From the NCBI GenBank assembly GCA_030390025.1, contig CM059435.1, forward strand, positions 48,980,001 through 49,044,000: a DNA stretch of 64,000 nt, written 5' to 3'. The notes under the pieces were generated by a model. That model was not told where the DNA came from. It ran no database searches and saw only the letters and a program-made list of their open reading frames with translations. The translations under genes were made by a program, and so were the position numbers. Numbering within the stretch: the stretch's first letter is position 1; every line of letters begins with the position of its first letter. The stretch is from Squalus acanthias (lineage: Eukaryota). Shown one piece after another: positions 50,253 to 64,000 of this stretch.

Positions 50253-51974
50253 TCAGCAGGACTATTACTCCCCATGAAGTTCCCAATCTCTATTGTTTAA
50301 GCCATAAGCAGAGTTTAGATTAGTTAGATGAAAAAAAGACTAGTTCGATGAAAAAAGAAATAAACTGCTTTGAAAGTATACCAGATTCTCTAACCCTGCC
50401 TACCCTCGAGTGAGTGTGCGCGGGGTGGGGGTTTGAGAATTATAATTTAACACCTAGTGCAGTCTCGGACATAGCCACATACGACAGAGATGCAAAGTCA
50501 AGTTTAGACAAAAAAAGACGACAGATATTTCTGTAGTCTATAATTTTCAATGCCCAATTTTTAATCATTTAAAAGATTACCAAGAATGTTAGGCAATACC
50601 ATAGCAACTGACAGGATATAGGTTTCTGTTGCAGATTGCAATGTATATCAAGCAACTTGAAACTAAAATGGCACTTCATTGTTGCCGTTCATTTCCATTA
50701 GTGAAACAGCCATAAATCCGATCACATTCAAAGTTGAAAAATGTGAAAATTAGTTCCAAGCTTTACTGAGTTCTCGGCATTACCAAAGTTGCTAAATAGC
50801 ATTGCCCCCAACTACTAAAATATTAACATGATTAATGTATTAGCTATTACATCTCAATAATAAAGGAGCGTTTTATTGTAAATTCAGTATTGGGTACCAT
50901 TAATGTGGCAAGTTTAAATATAGTGCAGCCAAATTATGCAAAGACAACCTCTGCATTCTCTACCCCACAGGATTTTCTGAAGCCAGCATAGTCCACAGTA
51001 AAGTTCAGGATTGCTGTCCCTCTAGAAGCAAAAATCATCCAATTCCCTTCATCGAAAGAGCATCTGTAATATTCAGTTTAGGGAAACCAATTGGGAACAT
51101 TTACAAACTAAAAGGACAAAGGGCATTTTTCCACAATGTTTTAATACAACTGTCAAAATGTGATGGGGAGAATTTGAAGAAATTAACCAGTTTAAATTTA
51201 ATTATGTGGACACAAGCATTTTTTCCAAGTGCTGCTTGAACTATAAAACTCATCCTACATTTTATAGATTTTAACCTTCGAAACTTTAAACATTTTGAGC
51301 TCATACGATACAGCAGGAGGGTAAAGTATTGATTACAGGTCTATCACATAATAGCATCAATTTGAGATTATAAAGCGAGTAGACAATACTGGTTTAGTAT
51401 TAAAGCACGCTGGCTTAACTGCACTTTTCCCAACACATTGATACTAATACTGAAGAAGCCCATTGACAACAGATTCTGCATACAAACTTAGTTACATAAC
51501 TGCTGTGGGCCAACTGATGAATTATGGTGTAAATGACAGCCCTGTATGTATAGGGGAGCCATAGCAGGGCATGCTTGACACAGCAATCACTTGATGAAGG
51601 AGCACCAAGTATAGAGATATTTACACAACTTCCATTGACTACTGGCTGTTCTCGTAAATAGAATAGGAAATCCATATACATAAAACTGCAAACCTGTTCT
51701 TTTAGGTGATGGGGTTAGACAGAAATCCTTATTCCCGATCAAGGAAGGAGGGTAGGGAAGTTTGTATCTTGCCAAAGAATAACTTGTGAAGCCTGCCCTG
51801 GTATTCCTCAATGAGTTCATCCTATGGCCAGCTGAGCTACCCATTCTCCTCAACCAAGTTGATGATTAAGGGCACTACAAATGACCTAAGTAGTCCTGAG
51901 CAGGGAGGGGATGCTAACCACAGTTTGAACTCATGACTACGATTCAGCTACTCCTACTTAAACTGCACATGTAT

Positions 51975-54500
51975 AGACATAAGAACACAAGAACTCCGTC
52001 TTGAATATACTCAACGACTGAGCCTCCACAGCCCTCTGGGGTAGAGAATTGCAAAGATTCACCACCCTCTGAGTTAAGAAATTTCTCATCTCAGTCCTAA
52101 ATGGCCAACCCCTTATTCTGAGATTGTGACCCCTGGTTCAAGACTCCCCAGCCAGGGGAAACATCCTCCCTGCATCTACCCTGTCAAGCCCTATAAGAAT
52201 TTTGTATATTTCAATGAGATCACCTCTCATTCTTCTAAACTCTAGAGAATATAGGCCTAGTCTACTCAATCTCTCCTCATAGGACAATCCCCCCATCCCA
52301 GGAATCCGTCTGGTGAACCTTCGTTGCACTCCCTCTATGGCAAGTATATCCTTCCTTAGGTAAGACCAAAACTATACACCATACTCCAGGTGTGGTCTCA
52401 CCAGGGCGCTATATAATTACAGTACGACGTCTTTACTCTTGTACTCAAATCCTCTTGTGATAAAGGCCATTAAAAATACTCTGCTTTTCTATTTTTCCTA
52501 CCAAAGTGGATAACTTCACATTTCTCCACATTATATTCCATTTGCCATGTTCTTGCCCACTCACTTAGCCGGTCTACATCCCCTTGAAGCCTCCTTGCAT
52601 CCTCCTCACAACTTACATTCCCATCCAGCTTTCTATCAGCAGCAAACTTGGATATATTACATTTGGTCCCCTCATCCAAATCATTGATGTAGATTGTGAA
52701 TAGCTGAGGCCCAAGCACTGATCCTTGCTGTACCCCACTAGTTACAGCCTGACCCGTTTATTCCTACTCTGTTTTCTGTCCGTTAACCAATCCTCAATTC
52801 ATGCTAGTATATTACCCCCAATCCCATGAGCCCGAATTTTATTTAATAACCTCTCGCGTGGAACCTTATCGAATGCCTTCTGAAAATCCAAATACACCAC
52901 ATCCACTGGTTCCCCCTTATCTATTCTGCTAGTTACAACCTCAAAAGATTCTAACAGATTCGTCAAACACGATTTTCCTTTCATAAATCCATGTTGACTC
53001 TGCCCAATCCTATTATTATTTTCTAAGTGCCCTGTTACCACGTCCTTAATAGATTCTAGCATTTTCTCTACTACTGATGTCAGGCTAACTAGTCTGTTGT
53101 TCCCCATTTTCTCTCTCCCTCCTTTCTTAAATAGTGGGGTTACATTTGCTACCTTCCAATCCGCTGGAACCATTCTAGAATCTATGAAATTTTGGAAAAT
53201 GACAACCAATGCATCCACCATCTTTATAACCACCTCTTTCAAAACCCTAGGATGTAGGCCATCAGGTTCAAGGGATTTATTGGCTTTCAGTCCCATTAAT
53301 TTCTCCAGTACTATTTTTTTTTACTAATACTAATTTCTTTTAGTTCCTCATTCTTGCTGGACCCTTGGTTCTCAACTATTTCTGGGAAGTTTTTTGCATC
53401 TTCTTCCGAAGACAGACACAAAGTATTTGTTTAATTTCTCTGCCATTTCCTTATTCCCCATTATAATTTCTCCTGTCTCAGCCTGTAAGGGACCCACATT
53501 TACTTTTGCCAATCTTTTCCTTTTTACATACCTATAGAAGCCTGTCTTGTCTCTCGCTAGTTTACTCTCATTCTATTTTCCCTTTATCAATTTCTTGGTC
53601 CTCTTTTGCTGAATTCTAAAATCCTCCCAATCCTCAGGCTTACTACTCTTTTTAGCTACATTATAAGCCTCTTCCTTTGATCGAATACTATCTTTAACTT
53701 GTTGTTAGCCACGGTTGAACCACTTTTCCTGTGGGGGTTTTTGTGCCTTAAAGGAATGTGTATGTTGTAAATGATGTATTAATTCTTTAAATGCTAGCTA
53801 TTGCTTGTCTACCGTCATACCTTTTAATGTAGTTTCCCAATCTACCTTCGCCAACTCGCCCCCTCAAACCTACGTACTTTGCTTTTTAGATTGAAGACCC
53901 TAGTTTCGGATTTAACTAAATCTCTTTCAAACGCAATATAAAATTCTATCATATTATGGTCACTCTTCCCTAAAGGCCCCTTTACTACAAGGTTATTAAT
54001 TAACCCTTTCTCATTGCACAATACTAGATCTAAAATAGCCTGCTCCCTAGTTGGTTCCTCAACAGACTGATCTAGAAAACTATCTTGCATACATTCCATG
54101 AATTCGTCCTCCACACTATTACTGCAAATTTGGTTTGCCCAGTCTATTTGTAGATTAAAGACCATGATTACTGCATTACTCTTGGTACATGCGCCTCTAA
54201 TTTCCTGATTTATGCTCTGCCCTATATTACAACTACTGTTTGGGGGCCTATAAACAACTCCCACCAACATTTTCTGCCACTTGCTGTTTCTTAGGTCCAC
54301 CCAAACAGATGCTACTTCTTGATTTTCGGAGCCAAGATCATTTCTCTCTACTGTCTTTATCCCATCCTTTATTACCAGGGCTACCCCTTCACCTTTTCCA
54401 TTTTGCCTATCTCTTCTAAAAGTTAAGTAGCCTGGAATATTTAGTTCCCAACCTTGGCCACTTTGCAACCACGTCTCAGTTATGGTTATTAGATCAAACC
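51975..54500 (-). mobile_element. 5'-truncated decayed CR1 (APE + RT)
   Basis: [54 protein letters not shown] and LGLYSLEFRRMRGDL. Confidence 0.93.
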
Positions 54501-55977
54501 GATCAGGTAAGGAAAGGTGGTGAAACCTCCCTTCCTGCAACAATCTGCTGCTGCAGCTCATCAAGGCTCAAGTCAACAATGGCCATTTGGGGGAGGTCAA
54601 ATTTGTGTCACAGAATAATGCCCGCAAAGCACATTATTCCTAAGACATTTAACATTAACAGCTCTTATTGAAATCTAAATCGCATTTAGCGGTTATACGT
54701 TTCTCTGTCCTTTGAAAGACGTTACCATGAGAGAGTGTGTGAAGTAGATAGAATAATGGAAAGGCAATCAAAATCTCCCTTTTATAACCACATTTTATAG
54801 CCAGGATAGAAGTAATTATATTGATTTACATAACACAGCACACCCATGTGCTAAAATTAGATATTACGGCAGTTTCATGCTCCTGTACCAAAGTTGTGAA
54901 ATCCTTGGTTAAGTAAAGGCTGTAAAGGCAACACTTATAGGACAGGGAAAAATTAATACAACAAGCTTGTGTGGACTATAGTGGCTTTAGATTGCCCATA
55001 TATAATGAGACAACAAATGAATACAGCTATATGCCATTTGCCCATTCACCAGTTTCAAAATTGCCATTTCAAATCTGGTTAAGTGATCATGCTTCATCAA
55101 TTCAATGCCATAAATTTACATGATTCCATCTGCAGACAGAATTCATTTTGAAAATCAGCAATTGTTCAGAAGGATTGACTAATGTTGCCCACAAATCTTT
55201 ATACATAGAATGACATTCTCTTCAGTTATAAAGATTCAGTTCCTTGGATTGGAAACCATATCCTAACGTATGGTGGGAAAACCAAGTGGTGAAGATAGTT
55301 CACCAATGCAGGAATCTTCGAGAAAACATGGTGCTACTTGTAATGGTTGGTCATTTCACCACTGTAAAAAGCCTAGCAATGTACCCTGATCTTGCACATT
55401 GCCTAAAATACCCGGGTCTTGCTCTGGTATCCAAGAACCCAATGCAAATGACTTCAGTCAATGCTGCCGAGATGTGACAGGCCATCACTATGCAAGTATA
55501 ACTGACCGCACCGCACCGCCCCCCAAAAAATATTGTGGGTAGCAAAGAGCATGCTACCCACAATTCAACATTCTGTATTAATTCAAAAGGGGGAAAAAAA
55601 GTACAGAACATTAATGAAGTCTCATCATTTCTCCCACCATAAATTCTCCTCTGCGCTGTCAGCTGGATTCTGTCCTTCATTAGAGAACTTTAAATTCCAG
55701 AGTTGACTACTGAGCTAGCAATACTACAGGAAATCCATTGTATGCCTTTTGCTAGACTGGGAGGCTAGGACCAAGCTTTGATGAACCAAATGACCTTTTA
55801 TATTCCTTTACTAATTATGTTTGGTGCCCAGCAGAGCCCCTCTAAACATCTGAGGCCAAGAACAAAATTAGACATCAGTCTCCTGTTTTCATTGTGCCAG
55901 TCGACTTACAAAAAAACTATTTTAATCAATACATCAAAGACTCTGCATGCAAGAAGCCTTCAGTAGCTAAAATATAT

Positions 55978-56001
55978 ACACACACACACACACACACACA
56001 C
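55978..56001. repeat. (CA)n microsatellite
   Basis: Read directly. Confidence 0.9.
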
Positions 56002-59000
56002 CAAATTTGAGCATGAATTTGAAATTGGGTAGACACAAGGAGATAAAAAATTGAGATTCACTGCTGGCATAACAGAATTTCAGCATTGCTGCTCAAGAAA
56101 TAAACGAGTCACTAGAAGTGACTGCACAATAAGTTTTGGACAGCCGTCGAAACTATATAACAATGTTTCATAATTTTAAAGATCAAAAGTTAGAGCTATG
56201 TGAAATTAGTTTTCATAATCTCAAGTCAAACTTAAAATGGCTAATCATCCTTAGTTACCAGGTTACATTATGTAACTTGGCTATACAGGCAGGTTACAGG
56301 ATGCTTTCTATGTGCACCTGCTAGTCCAAATTGCTTTTTCAGGAGGAATTAATTGCATGGAAGATATCCTATATTTTGTTTGAACTTGCAGCCCATGGAA
56401 TATACCGTGCATGGGACAAACAAGCTTCCTCCACTGTCAGGGACCTTCACATCTACTGAGTCTAATGTCATTGACACTGCCCACATCAAGTTCCCTTTGT
56501 AGATGATCATATGAAGGGTCGAGCTTGTGCATTAGGTCTGCAATTTTCAAAAGAAGTCTATTCCAACCACCTCAATCTCAAAAATAACATTTCCAATTGC
56601 AAATATCAAGCCTCAAAAAAATATAACTGAAGACCCTCAAAAAGTACCGTTCTCATCTATACCCCTGCCATCATTTCCATCCTCGACAGTGGGACAGACC
56701 TCCAAATCAAATTCTTGTGCTTCAATACAGCAATGAGCCTTGGGTCTGCTGGATGATCCACTAGCATCACATATTCCAATCTGCCAATAATGACCAATAT
56801 CCATGTTGGCAGATGTCAAGGCTGGTACTTGATCAAGTTAAGCATTTGTCTGGAGGGCACGGTGCTACTTAATGTCATAATTCCTTTCTGGAAATATTTT
56901 ACCAACAGGTCCTCAGAAGTGATCCAAGCCTGCAGGATAACTGACAACTTAAAGCACACTTCTGGTGAGAGAACTAATTGACTAAAAGGTACTTTTGTAG
57001 TCTCCCAACCATCTTGAAACCTACCCCCACACCAAAGACATTAAGTCAACACTAGGTATACAATTTTGTTGGGGAGGGGTCAAGACATACTTAAAATTAA
57101 AAAGGGAATATATTCCCGGCATTTCCTTTCTCCCCGCCCATGCAGATGCACAAAATAGCCTATTTACATGAGGACACTCATCCTTCACGTACATTAGTAA
57201 CCCACTCAAGCCATCCCCTCTCAAAAAGGCATTAGCTAATTATTAGACCCGTCTTAAAAAGGTGCAAGATGCAAAATATTTAATTTTCCCAAGAGATATA
57301 ACACTATCCCATAATGTAGGCATATCTTATAACAGAACCAGTTAGGATGTAAAGAAAACTGTCAAAACAAGCTCAATTTTATTCTGCACAAGCTTGAGAT
57401 CACAGGCTATCCCCAGTTTCTCCTCTCAATGTGCCGACTCTTCCATAGACATCCTTCTGAAACTCAACCAAGTAGGAACATATCAGCCTAGTCAGCAAAC
57501 ATCAATGTGCTAGTCACCCATGCAGGGAATCACAGCCAAAAGCATGTTCCTGTTGTCACCTAGTGTTCACACAAGCATGTTCCATCAGTGGTCACTGGAC
57601 AGTGATTAGGAGCAGAAAACTAGATCAAATTTCAATTCACTTGTCCAATTCAAGTAGAAACTCAATCCCTGTACGCCCAGCCACATTAGAATATAGCATT
57701 TATTTGCATGGTGCTGTGGGAACACCTGCTTATCAATTTCAGTGTGTACTTGTTTGGGTCACAGGTTTTTAACTCAAAAAATCTTAGTCCACACAAAACA
57801 AAGGCAACCAAAAGGGCTTCCTTGGTGACCAATGGGGGTTCAAATGACTAAACATTTGATAGAAGAGGATCCCAGAGGACACACAAGGTCCTGAAGTAAA
57901 CCTTACAAAATTAGCAAAAGACACGAGTTGAATACTACTTGGGCAATGAACTGAACAACTCAGTTTTGCCTATAGTATCAAGGTATGAGACAGACCAGTT
58001 GAAAGGACCATTAGAAATGGTCTTGGGCAACCTGAATATTCAACTTAAAGCAAGTCAGGAGCCACAATTCCATCCCATTACAAAGATAATGACCGCTGAA
58101 AAAAAATGTGCCAAATGAAATTCTGTGACATTAACACCCAAGCAGTAGGCTCTACTTCTGGTAACAAAGTGAACCCAACTCCATCAGCACTTAACTATTT
58201 TCTAGAATCAAACTTGTCCTAGACACCTTCTCTTTCTGAAGGAGTAGCCAGAGGCAGAAAATCAGTTCTTTCCTACTGGCACTTGAACAGATCCAACAAG
58301 CTGCAAACTTTTTTTTTTTTTTTTTTAAATAAAAACTTTATTTCCCAGCACCCGAAAATAAAAGAACCGTAAAATGGCTGAAGTTGTTCTTTGACCTAGT
58401 GTTATCCTCCAATCAGAAAGATTCACTTATGATAAATCAGAGTTGCAATAAGTGAAATCATCTTTTGTCAGAAGATCTTGCAGGATTGCAGAGTTTTGAT
58501 GACAACAGGCTCAAATCTTCAAAATCGTGGCAATGGATGACAAAAAACATCACAGGTGACCACCTGTCACTGAGGGAAGTTCTCAAGTGGAATATCAAAA
58601 TCCAACTTTAGCCGATGATGGGTTCCAAGTTGCAAGTCAATACAGGGATAAGACGATTGTTGGCTATTGCAGCAGACAGAACTAATTTAAAGTCACACCA
58701 GACTGCGAATTTTCAAGTTGGACAATAGGACAGAATCTGATGTATATGGAGGATAATGGGTGCATAAAACCATTACGCAGCAGCACTTTAGCTGCAACAG
58801 TATGGTACTCTGGTTTTTACCAGCAAGTGTAAACATTGAAATTCTTCAGTATTCTACTGACCCTGTGCATGCGTGTACGGGAACGTTGTTAGTAGGCTTC
58901 ATAGCAGAAAGTGGGTCAACAACCAGTAGTCCATTTGCACGTTTTCCTGCCTCTCCCGCCCCGAACTTTGGTCTTCTTCCCCCGATAAGGTTCTGACATC

Positions 59001-59473
59001 TGTTTGAGAATGTACTTTTTGCACACCATATACTCATGCATATTATGGTATTGTACAAATGTGACTGAACTTGACTTTAAAGAACCAAACTCACCTTTTA
59101 AAAAAAAAAATTGTTCAAACCCCCCTCCCTTCGCAAGTTTTAGGAATTTCCATTACTTGCAATGGGAATTCAGAGCTGCGCAGTCAGCAAAGGTGGACAA
59201 ACCAATGCTTCAAACCGTTTTAGCATATTGCTCCACCCAATCAAGAACAAGCTATTGGGTCAGAAGTTTCCTTAGTCTTGGTGTTTTCCAACTGAAACTG
59301 TTACTAACTTCTTAGGAGCAAGTAGTCAACAAATGGCACCGAACAGCCATTCAGCGAAGATATTACAATTCAGTTCTGAAATTGTGGTAACATACCTTTC
59401 AAGTAGTAACAGGTAGGACATTAAAATCAAGTACTGGATTCAGTTGGAAAGTCTAATGCTTCCAGATACTAAC

Positions 59474-59666
59474 CATTTATCTTGCCGTATTTAAGGAACA
59501 TATCTTCCAAATCCTTCCTCACCATGGAGTCAGTGGGCAAATTTCCAACAAAAATGCGCCTCTCAAGATCTCGAGGATCGGCGCTGTCGGTCTTGTTACT
59601 TGCACCGCGGTCACCACGCATTCTACGTTCTCGGGACGGGCTTCTGCTTCTTCTCCGGGACATCAT
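59474..59666 (-). CDS. NCOA5: NCOA5 first coding exon (RS-rich + RRM RNP2)
   Basis: ATG preceded by an in-frame TAA and a polypyrimidine tract; MMSRRRSRSPSRERR...RRIFVGNLPTDSMVRKDLEDMFLKYGKI; donor G|gttagt, phase 1, matching exon 2. Confidence 0.88.
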
Positions 59667-62039
59667 TTAGAATCCTTTACGTGCTTTACCACGTGAAACA
59701 AAAAAGAGAAAGAAAATTGCCATTTGCATTAGATTACGAAAGTTTACGGGGAAGTCGTTACCAAAAAAGTGTCCTGCAAGTTAACTGTAAAAATTAGGTG
59801 AGACTTCAGATATTTAGGACTACCACATTCAAGTTAGGAAAAATGCAAAACTATGTTCTTCGTAATTCATTGTGCAGTGTCAGTAGTTGGCTGATAAAAA
59901 GCCCCAGAATTTTGTTCATGTCTGTTTTAAATTTTTGACAGCAAAAAATATTTTAAAGAAAAGCCATCTCTCCCATGGCAACCAGCTTACATTTAATACA
60001 AGGTAGTCCTGTATATTATGTGCAAAAAACACTTGCCACCTAGCTCCCATTAGTTTTCTGAAAAATCAGATTGACAGGGATGCATAAAACTGATCAAAGG
60101 GCAGCAGCTATTGCAATTAGCTAAGTTGCCAAATTAAGGTAGAAAGACAGAAAATTAAAGCAATGTAATAAATTATAATTAGAGTATCAGTCTTAATCAG
60201 TCAGTTTCTGAAACTGAGCAAGAGTTTGTTGGTACTAAATTCCACATAAAACAATACCAAGAAAAACCCAAGTCCTAATACCTTAGATTGTTATTCTTTT
60301 TAAGAATGTTACATTTTAACACTCCAGGTTTGAAAATGAACACAAGAACCGAAGTATTGCCAGGAAGATGGTTAGGTTTCACCAGTACACCTATTTTGAA
60401 AATGAGTATTGTATTAATTCCCATTAAGGACGCAGAAATCGCTACAACAGTTGAAGGAGTTGCTGATTACTGCAGATTTTACGCAAGAAAATGGCAAGAG
60501 GATAACTCAGTATATTAGCAACAGCATACTTACGAAGCAATTTGTATTCATGGACTGGTACCTCACCGTCAACATTCCAGGCAGTTTGCACAAGTAGAGC
60601 CTAATTCCACTTTTTTTTTTAAACCTTAAATATACTTATACTCACCCAATACATTGCTCAGATTAGCAATGGATGTTTTACAGGATACAGTTCCCACCAG
60701 CTAAACCAGTATGTTGTTCAATTTAAATGAGATTGCAGTGGAAGATGGATGGATTGGATGAAGAAAACTTTTGAATGGGTTTACATCTATGCTCATCATG
60801 CAAGGGATCATATTAAAGGCAGTGTGTTGAAATTGGCTAATACTGAAATGCTAACTGCCAGGATCATTGCTACACAAACATTTCACCTTCCACTTCATCA
60901 AAGAGGTCTTAACCTCTAATTTATCTTTTATTGCAAAGCACAAGAGAACTGACATCCCCCACAGAGATTCTGCTCACCAGACTGTCAGGAAAAGATTTAA
61001 AAAGTCAATCCTTGCACATCTCCCAGTGGCCGGCTAATGAACACAATAGTGAAAAGCTTCCCCACCACTTTTTTGTTAAGTTAGGTCATGATGCGAGATC
61101 AAAACGGCATTAAAGGCATCTTCACCTTGATGGAATGTAATTGATAGCATTCCTCAACCATTCAACCTCTAGAGAATAGGTAGTAGTGCAGACCTACATG
61201 TGAATCTTGCAATCAGTCATCAGATTAACCAAATCCTCTTCTGGTCTAGTGAACATGCCAAGCTGATTCAGTGCAGTTGCATGCTTCCGTTAATCTCCAG
61301 GTCCACTGCAAGAGTCACAACACTTGCATTTATAGGGTACATTATAAAAGGAAATGTCTCAAAGCAAGGAATTATTTTTGAAATGCAGTGAATTATGTAG
61401 ACAAATGTCATATTCCAACATCTGGCCCAAAACTATATTCACAGATCAGCCAGTAAATTGAGACCAGTGCATTCCTGTCTGTAATGCATAGGAGGCTGAG
61501 ACACTTTACATGCACTGAACAGGAATTGTTTTAATATAAAAATCAGGAAGAGCTACATATGGAGGTAGGAGTGCCATCATCGGATGCAACCATTAAGCTG
61601 GAAGTGCCTTAAATGTCAATACTCAATTGTAAAGCAGCCAAAAAAGTGGTGCTTTCATTAAATCGCTACTGTGGCTTACGGTAATGAGCCAAGGATTCAG
61701 TTTTCACCATATCCCACTAAACTCATCCCAAATACTGGACAAAGACCAATTACTGTAAAATAGGAGTTGAACGAAAACTAGGGGGGAGGAAGAAAGAGAA
61801 ATAACCAGGCTAAACTGAAAATCTTTAAAGTCTTCTGAATCAAGACAAGCATTAGATCTGATGTTCACCTCTGGTTTAATTTTTTAAGCCTTTGGCAATA
61901 TGTTTAACACCACACCACAAATCATTTACCCTAAAATGAAGGCCAGCATTGTAGATATAAATTTTGTCTTGGTTAGTAGCTGCCCTTCCATGCATGGATA
62001 ATGGAATACAACTGTCACACATCTACTAAAAGGAAAAGT

Positions 62040-62900
62040 TTGGTCAGAAGTAGGTTTTAAGGAGTGCCTTAAAAGGAGGCAGAGAGGTTTAAGGTGAGAA
62101 TTCCAAAGCATAGGGCCTAGGCATCTGAAGGCACAGCCACCAATGATGGAGCACAAAAATCAGGGATGCACAAGAGGTCACAATTGGAGGAACGCAAAGA
62201 TCTCGGTAGGGCTGGTGGAGGTTCTAGAGATAGGGACGTGCAAGGCCATGGAGGGATTGGAACATAAGGATGAGAATTTTAAATAGAGGCGTTGCTGGAC
62301 CAGGAGCCAATGTAGGTCAGCGAGCACACAGGTGACTGGTCTTGGAGCTAATATAGGATATGGGAAGCAATGCTTGGGTGAACTCAAGGTTACTGAGGGC
62401 GCAAAGTGGTGGGAGACCGGCCAAGAGATCATTGGAATAGTCTAGTCTAGAGGCAACAAAGGCATTGATGAGGATTTCAGTACCAGATGAGCTGAGGCAG
62501 GGGCAGAGATGGGTAATGTTAGAGGTGGAGTAGGTGGTCTTGATGAAGAAGTGGATATGGGGTTGGAAGCTCAGGATCAAATAGAAAGCCACAGTTGAGA
62601 ACAATCTGGTTCAGCCTCAAAGACCAGGGAGAGGGATGGAGTCGGTGGATAGGGAACATAGTTTGTGCCTGGGGGCGAAGACAATGGCTTTGGTCTTCCC
62701 AATATTTAATTGGAGGAAATTTCTGCTAATCAAATACTGGATGTCAGCTAAGCAGAGTGACAAATCAGCGTAAAGGTGGAACTTTAAGTTGTGTTTTCAG
62801 ATTATGTTGCCAAGGGATAGAATGCAGGAGCAGGAAGAGAATCCATTGCAGGTGATTCTCTGGCTACGACTGGAATAGATAGGAATGGAATCAGGGTGAC
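62040..62900 (-). mobile_element. L2-clade LINE fragment
   Basis: EILINAFVASRLDYSNDLLAGLP and VLADLHWLLVQQR; homologous to 35940-37150. Confidence 0.85.
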
Positions 62901-63983
62901 TAGAGTTCAAAATATCACACCATTTCATCATCAGTGCAGAAACAAACTAATCTGTATGCACACACTAAAGTTACCCCAGGTTTTTCAATTTTCAGCCAGC
63001 TAGACAAATCATAGGGTACCACCAGCTTAAGAGCCCTTTTGCTATTACCCATTACAGTAGATATGGCATGTTAACTAATTTCTACTTCAGAAGTACATTG
63101 ACATCCCCTTAAATACTACTTCTTTACAAGCAATCCTTTACAAATTTATTTTAACGATCACAAAGTCTAACCAGTCACGATACTTGTTCTGTATGCATGT
63201 CACTTCAAAACAAGTTTTAAGTTAAAAAAGTAGTAACTTATAAGTTAAATAGTGCCTTCTGAACATCTACACCATTTGACTGAAAGCTGATTGGATTTAA
63301 CTTTTGACAATAAGGCTCTACGTTCTTGAAATGTAAGTCGTGTAACATTTTAAATCGAAATCAGTGTCTTCATGAGTACCACTTGTGAAAACTTAAAGTC
63401 GGCAATAAATCAAACCTACTGTAATTAAATATGGCACTTTCCTCAATTGGTGAAAGGTTGTAGTTTACAGCATAAAAGATAAAACACTGGACAGTGAACA
63501 TGTTTGTGACAACAAACTTAAATTTGTTTAGCTCAAAAATATCTTTGCAAAAGTGAAAGTAGAACAGAAAACGCTTACAAACATGGAGAAAGGTGCTTTA
63601 TTGGGAAATGTATATCCGAGAAGATATCTTTGCGAAGATCAGAAATGCACGGGAGCGAGATCAATCGATTTAAGTATCGGCATAAGTAGAAAAGTGATGA
63701 GTAAATGATTTGCAGGTAAAATGTTTGAAATAGCAACTGAGAACTGTAGTTGCCAATAGAAACCTATTGGTGTAAGTAACGGTTAATTTCGACAAATGAC
63801 GCAAAGAGAAAATCTTTGCCTTTACTCGCCTCCTCGATTCGGAATGGTTTTATAGAAAAAGTTGAGACAATAACAGGTCATTTAATAATGTATGCAGAAA
63901 CAATTTTTGATGCAAATATTTAACGCCTCAAGATCCGTGCTGAGCGAGTTTCCCTCCGTTCCCAGTGGAGCACGAAAACTCAT

Positions 63984-63993
63984 CCGCCATTTT
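63984..63993 (-). promoter_or_regulatory. YY1-type motif (AAAATGGCGG), likely near the NCOA5 TSS/first exon
   Basis: ccgccatttt on the + strand; CpG density rises over ~63570-64000. Confidence 0.45.
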
Positions 63994-64000
63994 AAAATGC

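Noticed and set aside
58845-58935. Possible intronic hairpin or snoRNA (tgaccc...gggtca)
   Set aside because: The pairing is short and I could not place C/D or H/ACA boxes.

Overview
Vertebrate genomic DNA; the repeat content suggests a cartilaginous fish, probably a shark (inference). The window opens with the last coding exon of a K-Cl cotransporter (SLC12A5/KCC2-type C-terminus, + strand). It faces tail-to-tail a complete NCOA5 coding region on the - strand (9 coding exons, 59666->20070, about 640 aa by my splice model). This NCOA5 has an extra N-terminal RS-rich segment and RRM that human NCOA5 lacks. The rest is CR1 and L2 LINEs, tRNA-derived SINEs, minisatellites and a MITE-like element. 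Main surprises: (1) an intact, phase-compatible exon downstream of NCOA5 encoding a retrotransposon-type SGNH domain with substituted catalytic residues, a candidate domesticated alternative C-terminus; (2) a family of short Penelope-like insertions with TSDs that carry minimal hammerhead ribozymes and mostly sit as palindromes; (3) a full-length CR1 fused directly behind a complete tRNA-Gly(TCC)-like sequence; (4) a cluster of candidate poison micro/mini-exons just after the RRM exons. All calls come from manual reading; no databases were searched.
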